DNA from: Candidatus Micrarchaeota archaeon
GTDB lineage: Archaea; Iainarchaeota; Iainarchaeia; JAADDC01
Assembly: GCA_027046625.1 (NCBI GenBank)
Contig: JALTXX010000013.1
Coordinates: 1 to 13,155 of the forward strand
Direction: 5' to 3'
Length of the DNA: 13,155 nt
Position 1 is the stretch's first letter. Each line of letters opens with the position of its first letter. The position numbers and the translations under genes are program-made. The notes below the pieces were generated by a model. The model was not told where the DNA came from. It saw only the letters and a list, made by a program, of their open reading frames with translations, and made no database searches. Shown piece after piece: positions 1 through 7,623 of this stretch.

Positions 1-1235
1 TCTGCACAGTAGTAATATCTAAAGGATGGGTTGGTAGTACAGTCAGCATCCTGTGTTGTAGTACTCAAATCATCATCAGACGCAGGTATAAGGATTTCTG
101 TCACTCTCTTTGGCTCTATCCAGAAAGGTAGTACGTTGCCATTGGCATCCACGAATCGAATATCGTTTGCTAAGGGATCTACGTTGTAGTTGTTCAGATC
201 GAGTACTATTCTTGTTTGATAATCGTTTAGATCGAAGGCATTGGGGTTGGTTACATTTATCTCCAGTCTGTACTTCCAGTTGGGATCCCACCAGTTGGAT
301 GTACCGGTTCTATACTGAGACGTAAGGAGGTTTCCTTCAAGGAAGATATTAATCCAGTTGTTGGGAACTGGGGTTCCGTTTCTTTCCAGATATCCAAACA
401 CTGTTACAGTAGAAGAGGGTGCTGTTACCTGAGGGTTTAGATCTGCTGATATGGTAAGACCACCAGTTCCTATACCTATGGGATCTGCAATGCTGTTTGG
501 TCGGGGATCGAGATCAAATGGACCATTATCTATTATTCTAAGGGAGAATCTGTCCCTATGTACGCCAAGAAATACCCATATGTTCCCATCAAACTTATAA
601 ACCTTGAACAAACCAGGTGTTTCTATATTTATATCTAGGAATGGGCCGTTTCTTTCCACGTAGAACACTTTCAGCCCGTTAAAATCTCCAAGCAGTTCGT
701 ATGCAACACCTTGTGTGTTAAGTGTTATGGATCCTAGTGTGTAGAAGTTTCCAACTTTTGTTAGGGGTTTAGGAATGGCGTTCAATTCTATTTTGAATGG
801 TCTTTTGATAAAAACTGTGGATGTGGCCGTCTTTCCATCACAGTAAAGTGTGGCAACATAGTTACCTTCAGGTACGTCAAGAAAGTCACCACACCTATCT
901 CCTATACAGACCCTTACAGTGTTACACTCTGCATTTACGAGAGGTTTCACGCCGAACGGCGTCACCTCAAAGTCTACGGGGAAAAATTGCAGATTTTTCT
1001 CAAATAACTGACCATTGTACTCAACTATTACATTGTATGAAATCTTTTTTCCCAGGAATATTTGGGTGGTAGGTCCAGATCCTACAAACTGGGTACACTT
1101 CCCCTCTACACATATAGTATCCACATTCCCTTCAATAAGCGCATAGGCTCCATCTTTCCAGAGGCCTTGAATAATGGGCATAGCATAGGCTGCACTTATT
1201 ACTGCTATAAACCCCACGAGGCCCACTAAACGCAT
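1..1235 (-). CDS. Large secreted/surface protein with DUF2341 domain (N-terminal 411 codons, runs off the left edge; absent from the ORF track)
   Basis: Manual translation from ATG 1235 is open to the window edge. Signal peptide MRLVGLVGFIAVISAAYA; Cys-containing beta-rich region; YKFDGNIW...IIDNGPFDLDPRPNSIADPIGIG (resembles the choice-of-anchor U end motif); WWDPNWKYRLEINVTN...DYQTRIVLD...DIRFVDANGNVLPFWIE (DUF2341 signature). TATA-like TTAAAA begins 29 nt upstream. Confidence 0.9.
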   Translation of the reverse strand, partial: MRLVGLVGFIAVISAAYAMPIIQGLWKDGAYALIEGNVDTICVEGKCTQFVGSGPTTQIFLGKKISYNVIVEYNGQLFEKNLQFFPVDFEVTPFGVKPLVNAECNTVRVCIGDRCGDFLDVPEGNYVATLYCDGKTATSTVFIKRPFKIELNAIPKPLTKVGNFYTLGSITLNTQGVAYELLGDFNGLKVFYVERNGPFLDINIETPGLFKVYKFDGNIWVFLGVHRDRFSLRIIDNGPFDLDPRPNSIADPIGIGTGGLTISADLNPQVTAPSSTVTVFGYLERNGTPVPNNWINIFLEGNLLTSQYRTGTSNWWDPNWKYRLEINVTNPNAFDLNDYQTRIVLDLNNYNVDPLANDIRFVDANGNVLPFWIEPKRVTEILIPASDDDLSTTTQDADCTTNPSFRYYYCA

Positions 1236-1258
1236 CGTAAGGAATAATACATTTGGGG

Positions 1259-1264
1259 TTTTAA
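1259..1264 (-). promoter_or_regulatory. TATA box for a leaderless transcript of the DUF2341 protein
   Basis: TTAAAA on the minus strand starting 29 nt before ATG 1235; same spacing as other genes in the window. Confidence 0.6.
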
Positions 1265-1281
1265 TGCTAACTCTGTCCTGT

Positions 1282-1322
1282 GTGGAACCACCACCTGGTG
1301 GCAAAGAGCTATGTGTGCCACC
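1282..1322. promoter_or_regulatory. Cluster of GTGG/CCAC inverted repeats between divergent promoters (putative regulator sites)
   Basis: GGTGGCA(1297-1303)-N12-TGCCACC(1316-1322); CCACC-T-GGTGG (1291-1301); GTGG-AA-CCAC (1282-1291). Confidence 0.4.
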
Positions 1323-1328
1323 GCAACC

Positions 1329-1362
1329 TTTAAAAGTGATGAAGCGTTTCTCTATGCGGTGA
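1329..1362 (+). promoter_or_regulatory. TATA box and Shine-Dalgarno of the 224-aa gene
   Basis: TTTAAAA at 1329 and archaeal SD GGTGA at 1358-1362, 4 nt before ATG 1367. Confidence 0.7.
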
Positions 1363-1366
1363 TACC

Positions 1367-2041
1367 ATGAGGAGGATATTGGCACTCTTAGGGCTGTTGG
1401 TAGTGCCATTTGCCTTTGCAGCCACACCAGTAACGGTAACAACCGGTGCACCGCAGACCTATACCACTACATCCACCCCTGGTTCTGTGGATGTAAACGC
1501 GGGTTATGTGATAGAAACCAACGTTACAGTAGAAACGGTAACCCAGTGGTGGACAGGTACCTACGGTAATGTGAACGAAACAGTAGTGCTTGGAGCAGGT
1601 ACCAGCAAGTTCTTCGTATGGAACCTGTCAACACTAACAGGATATGTATACTTTACAACAGCATCATCTGTAAACTTTGCAGACTTGAACATAAACGTGT
1701 CTACAACAGATGTAAACGCAGCAATAGCTTCTATTACATCCACCAGCTGGACACCGAGCGCAGACGAGAACTTTGAGGCAACCTTTGCAAACACCGATAC
1801 TACAGGTACATACTGTAGCATTGCAAACGCCAAGTACGTATTAACATTGGACAACACACCTGCTGCGGTGTGGCCAACCTGTGCCTACAAGGAGAACGCA
1901 ACGGGAGCACTAGTGTTTGAGGCAAAGATCAGGCAGGACCAGGCGGCATTTGATGGTAGTACCGTAGATTACCAGGCACTATTGCCAGCAGTTGTGGAGA
2001 GCGGTGCTGGAGGACTAGTATACTACGTGTGGAAAGGTTAA
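1367..2041 (+). CDS. Secreted Thr/Ala/Val-rich protein, 224 aa, no membrane anchor (candidate structural surface subunit)
   Basis: Signal peptide MRRILALLGLLVVPFAFA; 5 N-X-S/T sequons (NVT, NET, NLS, NVS, NAT); 2 Cys; ends YYVWKG without a TM helix; own TATA, SD and T-rich terminator; marked preference for AAC/TAC/GCA/ACA codons. Confidence 0.9.
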   Translation: MRRILALLGLLVVPFAFAATPVTVTTGAPQTYTTTSTPGSVDVNAGYVIETNVTVETVTQWWTGTYGNVNETVVLGAGTSKFFVWNLSTLTGYVYFTTASSVNFADLNINVSTTDVNAAIASITSTSWTPSADENFEATFANTDTTGTYCSIANAKYVLTLDNTPAAVWPTCAYKENATGALVFEAKIRQDQAAFDGSTVDYQALLPAVVESGAGGLVYYVWKG

Positions 2042-2054
2042 TGATTAGCCCCAT

Positions 2055-2080
2055 CTTTTCCCTTTTTATATTTTGTTTCT
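2055..2080 (+). terminator. T-rich archaeal terminator after the 224-aa gene; contains TTTATA (2065-2070), a possible promoter for the next gene
   Basis: CTTTTCCCTTTTTATATTTTGTTTCT shortly after the stop at 2041. Confidence 0.55.
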
Positions 2081-2096
2081 CTAAACATATGGGTTG

Positions 2097-3791
2097 ATGA
2101 GGTGGATCCTGCTCTTCCTGTTGCTACCACTTGTGTGGAGTGCAAATATAAACATCTCTAATTCTGCTGATTGGCGCTTTGCATATATATTGGGTTACTA
2201 TTCCTTCGTCGGAGGGGATTACTTCTATGGATTAGACAGTCAAGCAACTGCAAGGGAGGTGTTTCCATATCTACCTTCTGAGAGAGAAAAACAGACCGAT
2301 ACAGTAACCATTTTTTCTGATAGAAACCCTATAATGGATAACTATGATACATTTCTTAGGGGAATGGGTTTTAGAAACGTAAGAACAGAGGTCTATAGAG
2401 ACTTCGACGAACTAACTCAGACTCTTTTCCAAAGGTACGGGCCCTTTGAGTGCTATGTAATAGTGGCTGATGGGGGTGGGGAGTGGGCGTATGCAGGCTC
2501 TGCATTGGCAGCTAGGTATAAATGTGCTCTGTTCATAGCTAACACAGATACCATAGATACAATTACATCCCTTGTGCCTAAGGATGGAAATATTATTATC
2601 ATAGGGTATGCTGGAAAACGGCTGAAAGAGACTTTTCCCAATGCTATCATAATAAACACTGGTAACAGAGCAAAGGATACGGTGGAGGTGGCAAGGATCC
2701 ATTCAAAGAAGCCAGCTACTGTGTACCTGGTGTCTGGCATGTACCTCTACTTACCAGGACATTACAAAGATCCTGCGGTATGGACAGGGGGAGGATCCAT
2801 ACCTATACTAGCAGCCTACCCAGATGAGCTTCCCGAGCCCGTGAAGGATTATATACTTAAGAGTGGCGTAAAGTTCGTGGGTTTTTACGGGGCAGAGCTG
2901 TATGATCTATATGGAAGAGAAAGGGAGGAGCTATCAAAGGAGGGTGTCAAAGCTCTTGTATTTACAACTTTAAAGTTCAGAAATGTGCCAACAAGGGATC
3001 CAAACAAAGAATACCCGCCTAATGTGTTGTTCATGCCTGGTGGGGATGTATTTGTATCTCTAGAAAGGGTAAATGCCTTAGCTGAGGGGAAGATCCTGTT
3101 CCGCTTCAGGAACACAGGGAAAGGGATAGTATATCTCATGCCCCTTATTGTAAATGTGAAGTGTGGTGGGGAGGAGGTGCCCATCTCCCTCCCTGAAGAA
3201 CCTCTCGTCATACTACCGGAGAGCGTATACATATGGGAGGTAAGTACTCAGCCCTTACCTTCCACGGGCTGTGAAGTGTACTTTGAAGGCAGATACGGTC
3301 CTGATAAGGACAGGATGATGTTTGATTACAATACTACTCTAGGTTTTATGCCCGAAAAGATAGAGGATCCCTCTACCCTTGAAGTGAAGAGGGTACTATA
3401 CTCTCCACGTTTGAAAGCCTTTGTAATATACGTATCTAATCCATCTTCAGTGAAGGTATACGCCTATCCCTCTTTGAAGGGAGTGCTGGTGGATGGTATA
3501 CCGACAGATTTTTCTGGGAGGATGGGGGTAGTACCTCCCAATGGAGAAGGAAAGCTGTATGTAAAGGCAGAACTATCAGATGCCGACATCATAGATAACC
3601 CAACCGTAAAGGTTATGATACGCTATGGAAAGCGGGCAGACCTTCCCATTAAGCTGTTGGAGGGGGAGTTTAATCTAGAGAAAGAAACATTCACCGATGT
3701 AGTTGTGGAGCTTATACAGGAGAACTTTGTGTTGGTAACAGCTATCGTAGTGTTAATATTAGTGATTCTCCTTATTCTACGGAGACGATGA
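2097..3791 (+). CDS. Membrane-anchored surface protein with cell-wall-binding repeat 2 (CWB2)-like repeats and C-terminal Ig-like domains
   Basis: ATG 2097 (TTG 2094 is an alternative); signal peptide; CWB2-like units YVIVADG..ALAARYKCALFI..NIIIIG..GNRAKDTVEVA and TVYLVSG..IPILAAYPDELPEPVKDYI..VGFYG; beta-sandwich motifs FRFRNTG and IYVSNPS; C-terminal TM helix followed by RRR. Confidence 0.8.
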   Translation: MRWILLFLLLPLVWSANINISNSADWRFAYILGYYSFVGGDYFYGLDSQATAREVFPYLPSEREKQTDTVTIFSDRNPIMDNYDTFLRGMGFRNVRTEVYRDFDELTQTLFQRYGPFECYVIVADGGGEWAYAGSALAARYKCALFIANTDTIDTITSLVPKDGNIIIIGYAGKRLKETFPNAIIINTGNRAKDTVEVARIHSKKPATVYLVSGMYLYLPGHYKDPAVWTGGGSIPILAAYPDELPEPVKDYILKSGVKFVGFYGAELYDLYGREREELSKEGVKALVFTTLKFRNVPTRDPNKEYPPNVLFMPGGDVFVSLERVNALAEGKILFRFRNTGKGIVYLMPLIVNVKCGGEEVPISLPEEPLVILPESVYIWEVSTQPLPSTGCEVYFEGRYGPDKDRMMFDYNTTLGFMPEKIEDPSTLEVKRVLYSPRLKAFVIYVSNPSSVKVYAYPSLKGVLVDGIPTDFSGRMGVVPPNGEGKLYVKAELSDADIIDNPTVKVMIRYGKRADLPIKLLEGEFNLEKETFTDVVVELIQENFVLVTAIVVLILVILLILRRR

Positions 3792-5623
3792 TGTGGTTAC
3801 TACTCCTGCTTCCCCTTGCCTTTGGGGCTTCCCTTGACGTAAATGCAGGCTATGTTATAGAGTCGAACCTACTTATTGAGGCAAATTTGACGGATACTAG
3901 CTGGCTTGGAATATACGGCTATGTAAACAGTAACCTCGAGAAAAAAGATTATACCTACTACATCTCACCCCTTGCGGCCGTTATAAACCTTAATCCTCCC
4001 AACGAGGTGAGGGTGGCAGACCTCAATCTTTATAACTCTGTAGAGTACCCGAGGAGTAGTATTCAGTGGTATGCCATCGTGTCTCCTTCGGGGGATGTCA
4101 ACCTCTATGAGTTGAATGATGCCTGTGATAACAATGTTGATGATTTGCTTGAAGGAAACTTTACCCCAGACACCCTTCCATCTCTTACCTATGATAAGAA
4201 CACTTTCATAGTGGTGAATGATAGAAATCTGTGTGCATTGTACGCAGAAACATCCTTTGGAAAGCGTATCTATCTACTTGAGTGGAACGGGGAGCCTGTG
4301 TACCTATCCAAGATATCAGACTTTAATCTTGGAGGGACGGTTTATAACTTTGCATTCCTCATAACTGTTCCACCCCAACTTTACCTATATTTGGCAAGGG
4401 AAAATATTATATGTGGAGATCTGGTGTGCGATCCGGGAGAGACAAACTGTTCAGACTGTATAAACCTTGAGATAAACGTGTCTCCCGATTCCAAGGAAGC
4501 AAATATAGGCACCTCTGTTACATATACCGTAACCCTTACAAATAACGGCAATTCTGATCTACTTGTCTCTCTCTCCCTTAGGGAGATAACAGCCCCGGGT
4601 ACTTATGCCGCATCCTTCTCCGAAACCAATGTTACTGTTCCCGCCGGAGATGTCAGGGCTGTAAGTCTTGTGATCGGAGCCTCCGATCCTGGTACATATG
4701 GTTTCGTGGTGGAAGGAAATGTAAGAGGGGTTTCTATTACCTCCAATGAGTTTGTACTCGTAGTTGTATCTCCCACGCCTGAGGAAACTACGGAAGAGGG
4801 GGGTGGCGTAGTAGAAGAGAACGCTCCCACTTCTACCGAAGAGAATCTAGCCCCCATACTAACCCCAAGAGGATATTATATACCCTGGATGGGTTGTATA
4901 TCCTACATAAATGTTTTTTCTCCGGACGTGGTTGAGGTGGGAGTGGACGAAAATGTAACGGTATCTGTAATCGTGCAGAATGCTGGTACATGTGAAGAAA
5001 ACATTATATTCTCCGTAGAGGGCTATGATAGCTACTTTGTAGATGAAAACAGCTTTTCTCTATCTTCGAAGAGTGCTAAAACCTTAGATGTGGTATTCAC
5101 AGGAGAAAAACAAGGAGTTTATGAAGTAAAGTTGAAGGCAAAGGGATTCTATACCTCTACAAGGAAGATGATTCTAAGAGTGGTGGGAAAACAGGTTATA
5201 GAAAGGGGATGTATCTCAAAGCTTATGTTTATGACACCAGATGTGATGGAACTGGTGGAGGGCGAGGAAATAAACGCTGCTGCAGAGGTGAAGAACGAGG
5301 GTACCTGTTTAGAAGATGTGGAGATTAGGCTCATAAAACAGTCCATGGGAACGGAGGTACTGTTGGACAGGAGAGACATCAAAATCCCTCCAGGTGAAAG
5401 ATACATATACAGACCACCTCGTCTGGCAACCGGAGAATATAAGCTCTATCTTTCGTCTGGCCCTCTAAAGGATGAAGTGTCCATTGTTGTGCGACCCAGA
5501 TCTGTTGTCACTGGAGTGGCTGAGGAATTGTTGTTGAGAAGCAGATTTGCGGTACTAATACTTATGATAGTGGTACTGTTGGCAGCCCTGTCCTATCTTA
5601 GAAGTAGGTACCTTTCCTCATAG
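3788..5623 (+). CDS. Membrane-anchored paralog of the 224-aa protein with a Cys-rich module, three CARDB/NEW3-type Ig-like domains and a C-terminal TM helix
   Basis: ATGA overlap with the upstream stop; signal peptide; DVNAGYVIE identical to the 224-aa protein; CGDLVCDPGETNCSDC; YTVTLTNNGN, VIVQNAGTC, AEVKNEGTC; acidic P/T/E linker; TM helix FAVLILMIVVLLAALSYL followed by RSR. Confidence 0.9.
   Translation: MMWLLLLLPLAFGASLDVNAGYVIESNLLIEANLTDTSWLGIYGYVNSNLEKKDYTYYISPLAAVINLNPPNEVRVADLNLYNSVEYPRSSIQWYAIVSPSGDVNLYELNDACDNNVDDLLEGNFTPDTLPSLTYDKNTFIVVNDRNLCALYAETSFGKRIYLLEWNGEPVYLSKISDFNLGGTVYNFAFLITVPPQLYLYLARENIICGDLVCDPGETNCSDCINLEINVSPDSKEANIGTSVTYTVTLTNNGNSDLLVSLSLREITAPGTYAASFSETNVTVPAGDVRAVSLVIGASDPGTYGFVVEGNVRGVSITSNEFVLVVVSPTPEETTEEGGGVVEENAPTSTEENLAPILTPRGYYIPWMGCISYINVFSPDVVEVGVDENVTVSVIVQNAGTCEENIIFSVEGYDSYFVDENSFSLSSKSAKTLDVVFTGEKQGVYEVKLKAKGFYTSTRKMILRVVGKQVIERGCISKLMFMTPDVMELVEGEEINAAAEVKNEGTCLEDVEIRLIKQSMGTEVLLDRRDIKIPPGERYIYRPPRLATGEYKLYLSSGPLKDEVSIVVRPRSVVTGVAEELLLRSRFAVLILMIVVLLAALSYLRSRYLSS
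4892..5500 (+). repeat. Protein-level tandem duplication of an Ig-like domain (105-aa period)
   Basis: GCISYINVFSPDVVEV..VQNAGTCEENI..GVYEVKL (from 4892) versus GCISKLMFMTPDVMEL..VKNEGTCLEDV..GEYKLYL (from 5207). Confidence 0.75.
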
Positions 5624-5624
5624 G

Positions 5625-5630
5625 TTTAAA
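5625..5630 (+). promoter_or_regulatory. TATA box of the 448-aa gene
   Basis: TTTAAA starting 29 nt before ATG 5654, right after the upstream stop codon. Confidence 0.65.
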
Positions 5631-5653
5631 ATAGAACGGAGCGTAATGTATGC

Positions 5654-7000
5654 ATGCCGAAAGGGGTGTTGCTGCTCGTATTTTTACTACTAATAGGTGG
5701 TATTTACTACTTCTTTCTCTCCTCTCCTCCAAAGGAGATAACACCCCCATCCATCATCCTGTCCCCTGTGGTTGAGGAGGGAGTAGTGGGACTGGATGGG
5801 AAGATAAAACTAACAGGTGATGGAGAGTATAGGGTGGAAGGGAGGGTATACATCTCCTCCAATGGTATAACATTGAAGGAAGAAGAGATTAATACCACGC
5901 TAAAGGGACCCACAGACTATCCGATTACTCTGCCTCCCACAAGGGTGGAGGGAAAGGCAACGGTTGGAGCAGATATCACGGTTAAGGGAGATACAATTTT
6001 ACGTATAAAGGAAGAGGTGCCTGTAGAGATGCCACATCCTATCTATCTAACCATTCCTCCTTCCTTCTCCATATATCCAACCTCTGTTTCTCCCACAGAG
6101 AATGGATACGACGTAACTCTTAGGGTTGAACTATCCAATCCCAATGAGGAATCCCTCGATATTAAGGATGCAAAGGTAAAAGTGGAAGACAGTACCTATA
6201 ATGTTTCCATTTCGAAGCTTGATGGAAACGAGCGCAAGCACTATGATATACCAGTTTCCATAGATGGAAATACACTATCTGGGGAGCTTTCTCTATCATA
6301 TTCGATATCTGGAAAGAAAAGAACGGTAGTTTATAACTTTTCCCTGTCCTTTCCTCCTTTCAGTCAGCAGAGGCCCCTGTATAGATTGAGCTATTCTATT
6401 ACATCCCTTTCGAATGAGGGAGTAAAGCTGAGGATAAAGCTCTTCCTAAAGAACGAGGGAGCCCTTCCTTATACGGCAAAGGATCTGAGGATAAAGATTA
6501 GGGGTAAAGATGGTATCGTAAAGGAAGTTAACCTAGGAAATGTTACTATTCCACCTCTTTCGGAGAAGAACATTACAAAAGATGTTAGTGCGGTACCTCT
6601 TTTGATCGGCGGGAGTATAGAAGTGTACGAGGGTGATGAAAGGGTTGTATCTGTTCCCTTGGAGCTGGTGTCTTCTGATCTTATCAAGCCTCCATCGGTG
6701 GAAATAAACATAGAGGAGGTCAACGGAACCGGAGCGGATAAGGTGCATCTCATCATAACTAATACCAACGATTTTAACATCAATGTAAAGGATGTAGACA
6801 TAGCTGTATATAGGGGTACCACGAACCTTACATCAGACTTCTCCTCCTCGCCTGTGGAGATTGACGATAAACATACATTTACCGCTGAGACTACCTTCCT
6901 TTCAGGTCTACTAAAGATCGTAGTGAAGTACACTTATGGTCTTGAGAGCTTAGGTCTCTGGTTCAATGAACAGATTACTACTTACTATAGAGCCTCCTGA
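5654..7000 (+). CDS. N-terminally anchored protein with tandem LEA_2/WHy-like beta-sandwich domains
   Basis: N-terminal TM helix; three units VTLRVELSNPNEESLDIKDAKVKV, LRIKLFLKNEGALPYTAKDLRIKI, VHLIITNTNDFNINVKDVDIAVY matching the LEA_2 NPN motif pattern. Confidence 0.75.
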   Translation: MPKGVLLLVFLLLIGGIYYFFLSSPPKEITPPSIILSPVVEEGVVGLDGKIKLTGDGEYRVEGRVYISSNGITLKEEEINTTLKGPTDYPITLPPTRVEGKATVGADITVKGDTILRIKEEVPVEMPHPIYLTIPPSFSIYPTSVSPTENGYDVTLRVELSNPNEESLDIKDAKVKVEDSTYNVSISKLDGNERKHYDIPVSIDGNTLSGELSLSYSISGKKRTVVYNFSLSFPPFSQQRPLYRLSYSITSLSNEGVKLRIKLFLKNEGALPYTAKDLRIKIRGKDGIVKEVNLGNVTIPPLSEKNITKDVSAVPLLIGGSIEVYEGDERVVSVPLELVSSDLIKPPSVEINIEEVNGTGADKVHLIITNTNDFNINVKDVDIAVYRGTTNLTSDFSSSPVEIDDKHTFTAETTFLSGLLKIVVKYTYGLESLGLWFNEQITTYYRAS

Positions 7001-7598
7001 GCAAATCCCTGTTGAACTCTTCAATCTCCTTCCTTGTCATGAGCTTTGATATGAGAGATACATAACCCTGTACCATTCCAGCCGCAAGCAATGCTGCCCT
7101 CTGTAAATCTCCAGGATCTATCTGAAGGTTTTCTGTGGTAAGAACTTCTATTACGGTGGGGCCGTAAAAGAATATGAAGTAGAAAAGGGACTCTATGTTA
7201 GGAAAGTCTACAGTAACATCTATATGTCCATAATAAGATCCGGTTTCCTTATCCTGCTCTATGTCTGATACTGCCACCTTCTTTACGTTAAAGTCCTTCT
7301 TTAATCCTTCTACAATTTCCTCTAAGCTCCTCTTTAGGAGAGACTCGTCCACAGATTCAACCTCTATAATACCGTGAACCAATAATTTTTCCGGTTCCTC
7401 TTCGAGGGCTACCCTTATATGGGGAGCCAGTGCATACTTTGGAGGGGTACCCTCCTTTACAATGAGTCTCATCTTCAGCATCTCCTTCAGCGCATCCATT
7501 ACGTCATGAATGTCCTTGTTTAGCCTCTCTGCTATCTCTTCGGCTGTTAACTTCTCCTTTGCCAGTAACAAACCTATCTGTTTTTGTAATTCTTCCAT
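6978..7598 (-). CDS. Winged-helix DNA-binding domain fused to an uncharacterised archaeal alpha/beta domain
   Basis: Likely start MEELQKQIG at 7598 (ATG 7646 is an alternative); HTH LTAEEIAERLNKDIHDVMDALKEMLKMRLIVKEG..PKY; C-terminal GIIEV..GHIDVTVDF..YGPTVIEV. Confidence 0.8.
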   Translation of the reverse strand: MEELQKQIGLLLAKEKLTAEEIAERLNKDIHDVMDALKEMLKMRLIVKEGTPPKYALAPHIRVALEEEPEKLLVHGIIEVESVDESLLKRSLEEIVEGLKKDFNVKKVAVSDIEQDKETGSYYGHIDVTVDFPNIESLFYFIFFYGPTVIEVLTTENLQIDPGDLQRAALLAAGMVQGYVSLISKLMTRKEIEEFNRDLLRRLYSK

Positions 7599-7610
7599 GC
7601 ATATAGTGAG

Positions 7611-7623
7611 AGGCTTAAAGCCT
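7611..7623. promoter_or_regulatory. 13-bp palindrome AGGCTT-A-AAGCCT upstream of the wHTH gene
   Basis: Perfect 6-bp arms with a 1-nt spacer, 13-25 nt upstream of ATG 7598. Confidence 0.4.

Noticed and set aside
76-1072. ORF-track ORFs 76-291(-), 110-325(+) and 821-1072(+)
   Set aside because: They are shadows of the real minus-strand gene from 1235 to the edge, which has a signal peptide and DUF2341 motifs.
1367-2041. 224-aa protein as type IV pilin/archaellin or viral capsid protein
   Set aside because: It has a class I signal peptide (AFA cleavage) and no prepilin motif, and there are no viral or mobile-element genes nearby.
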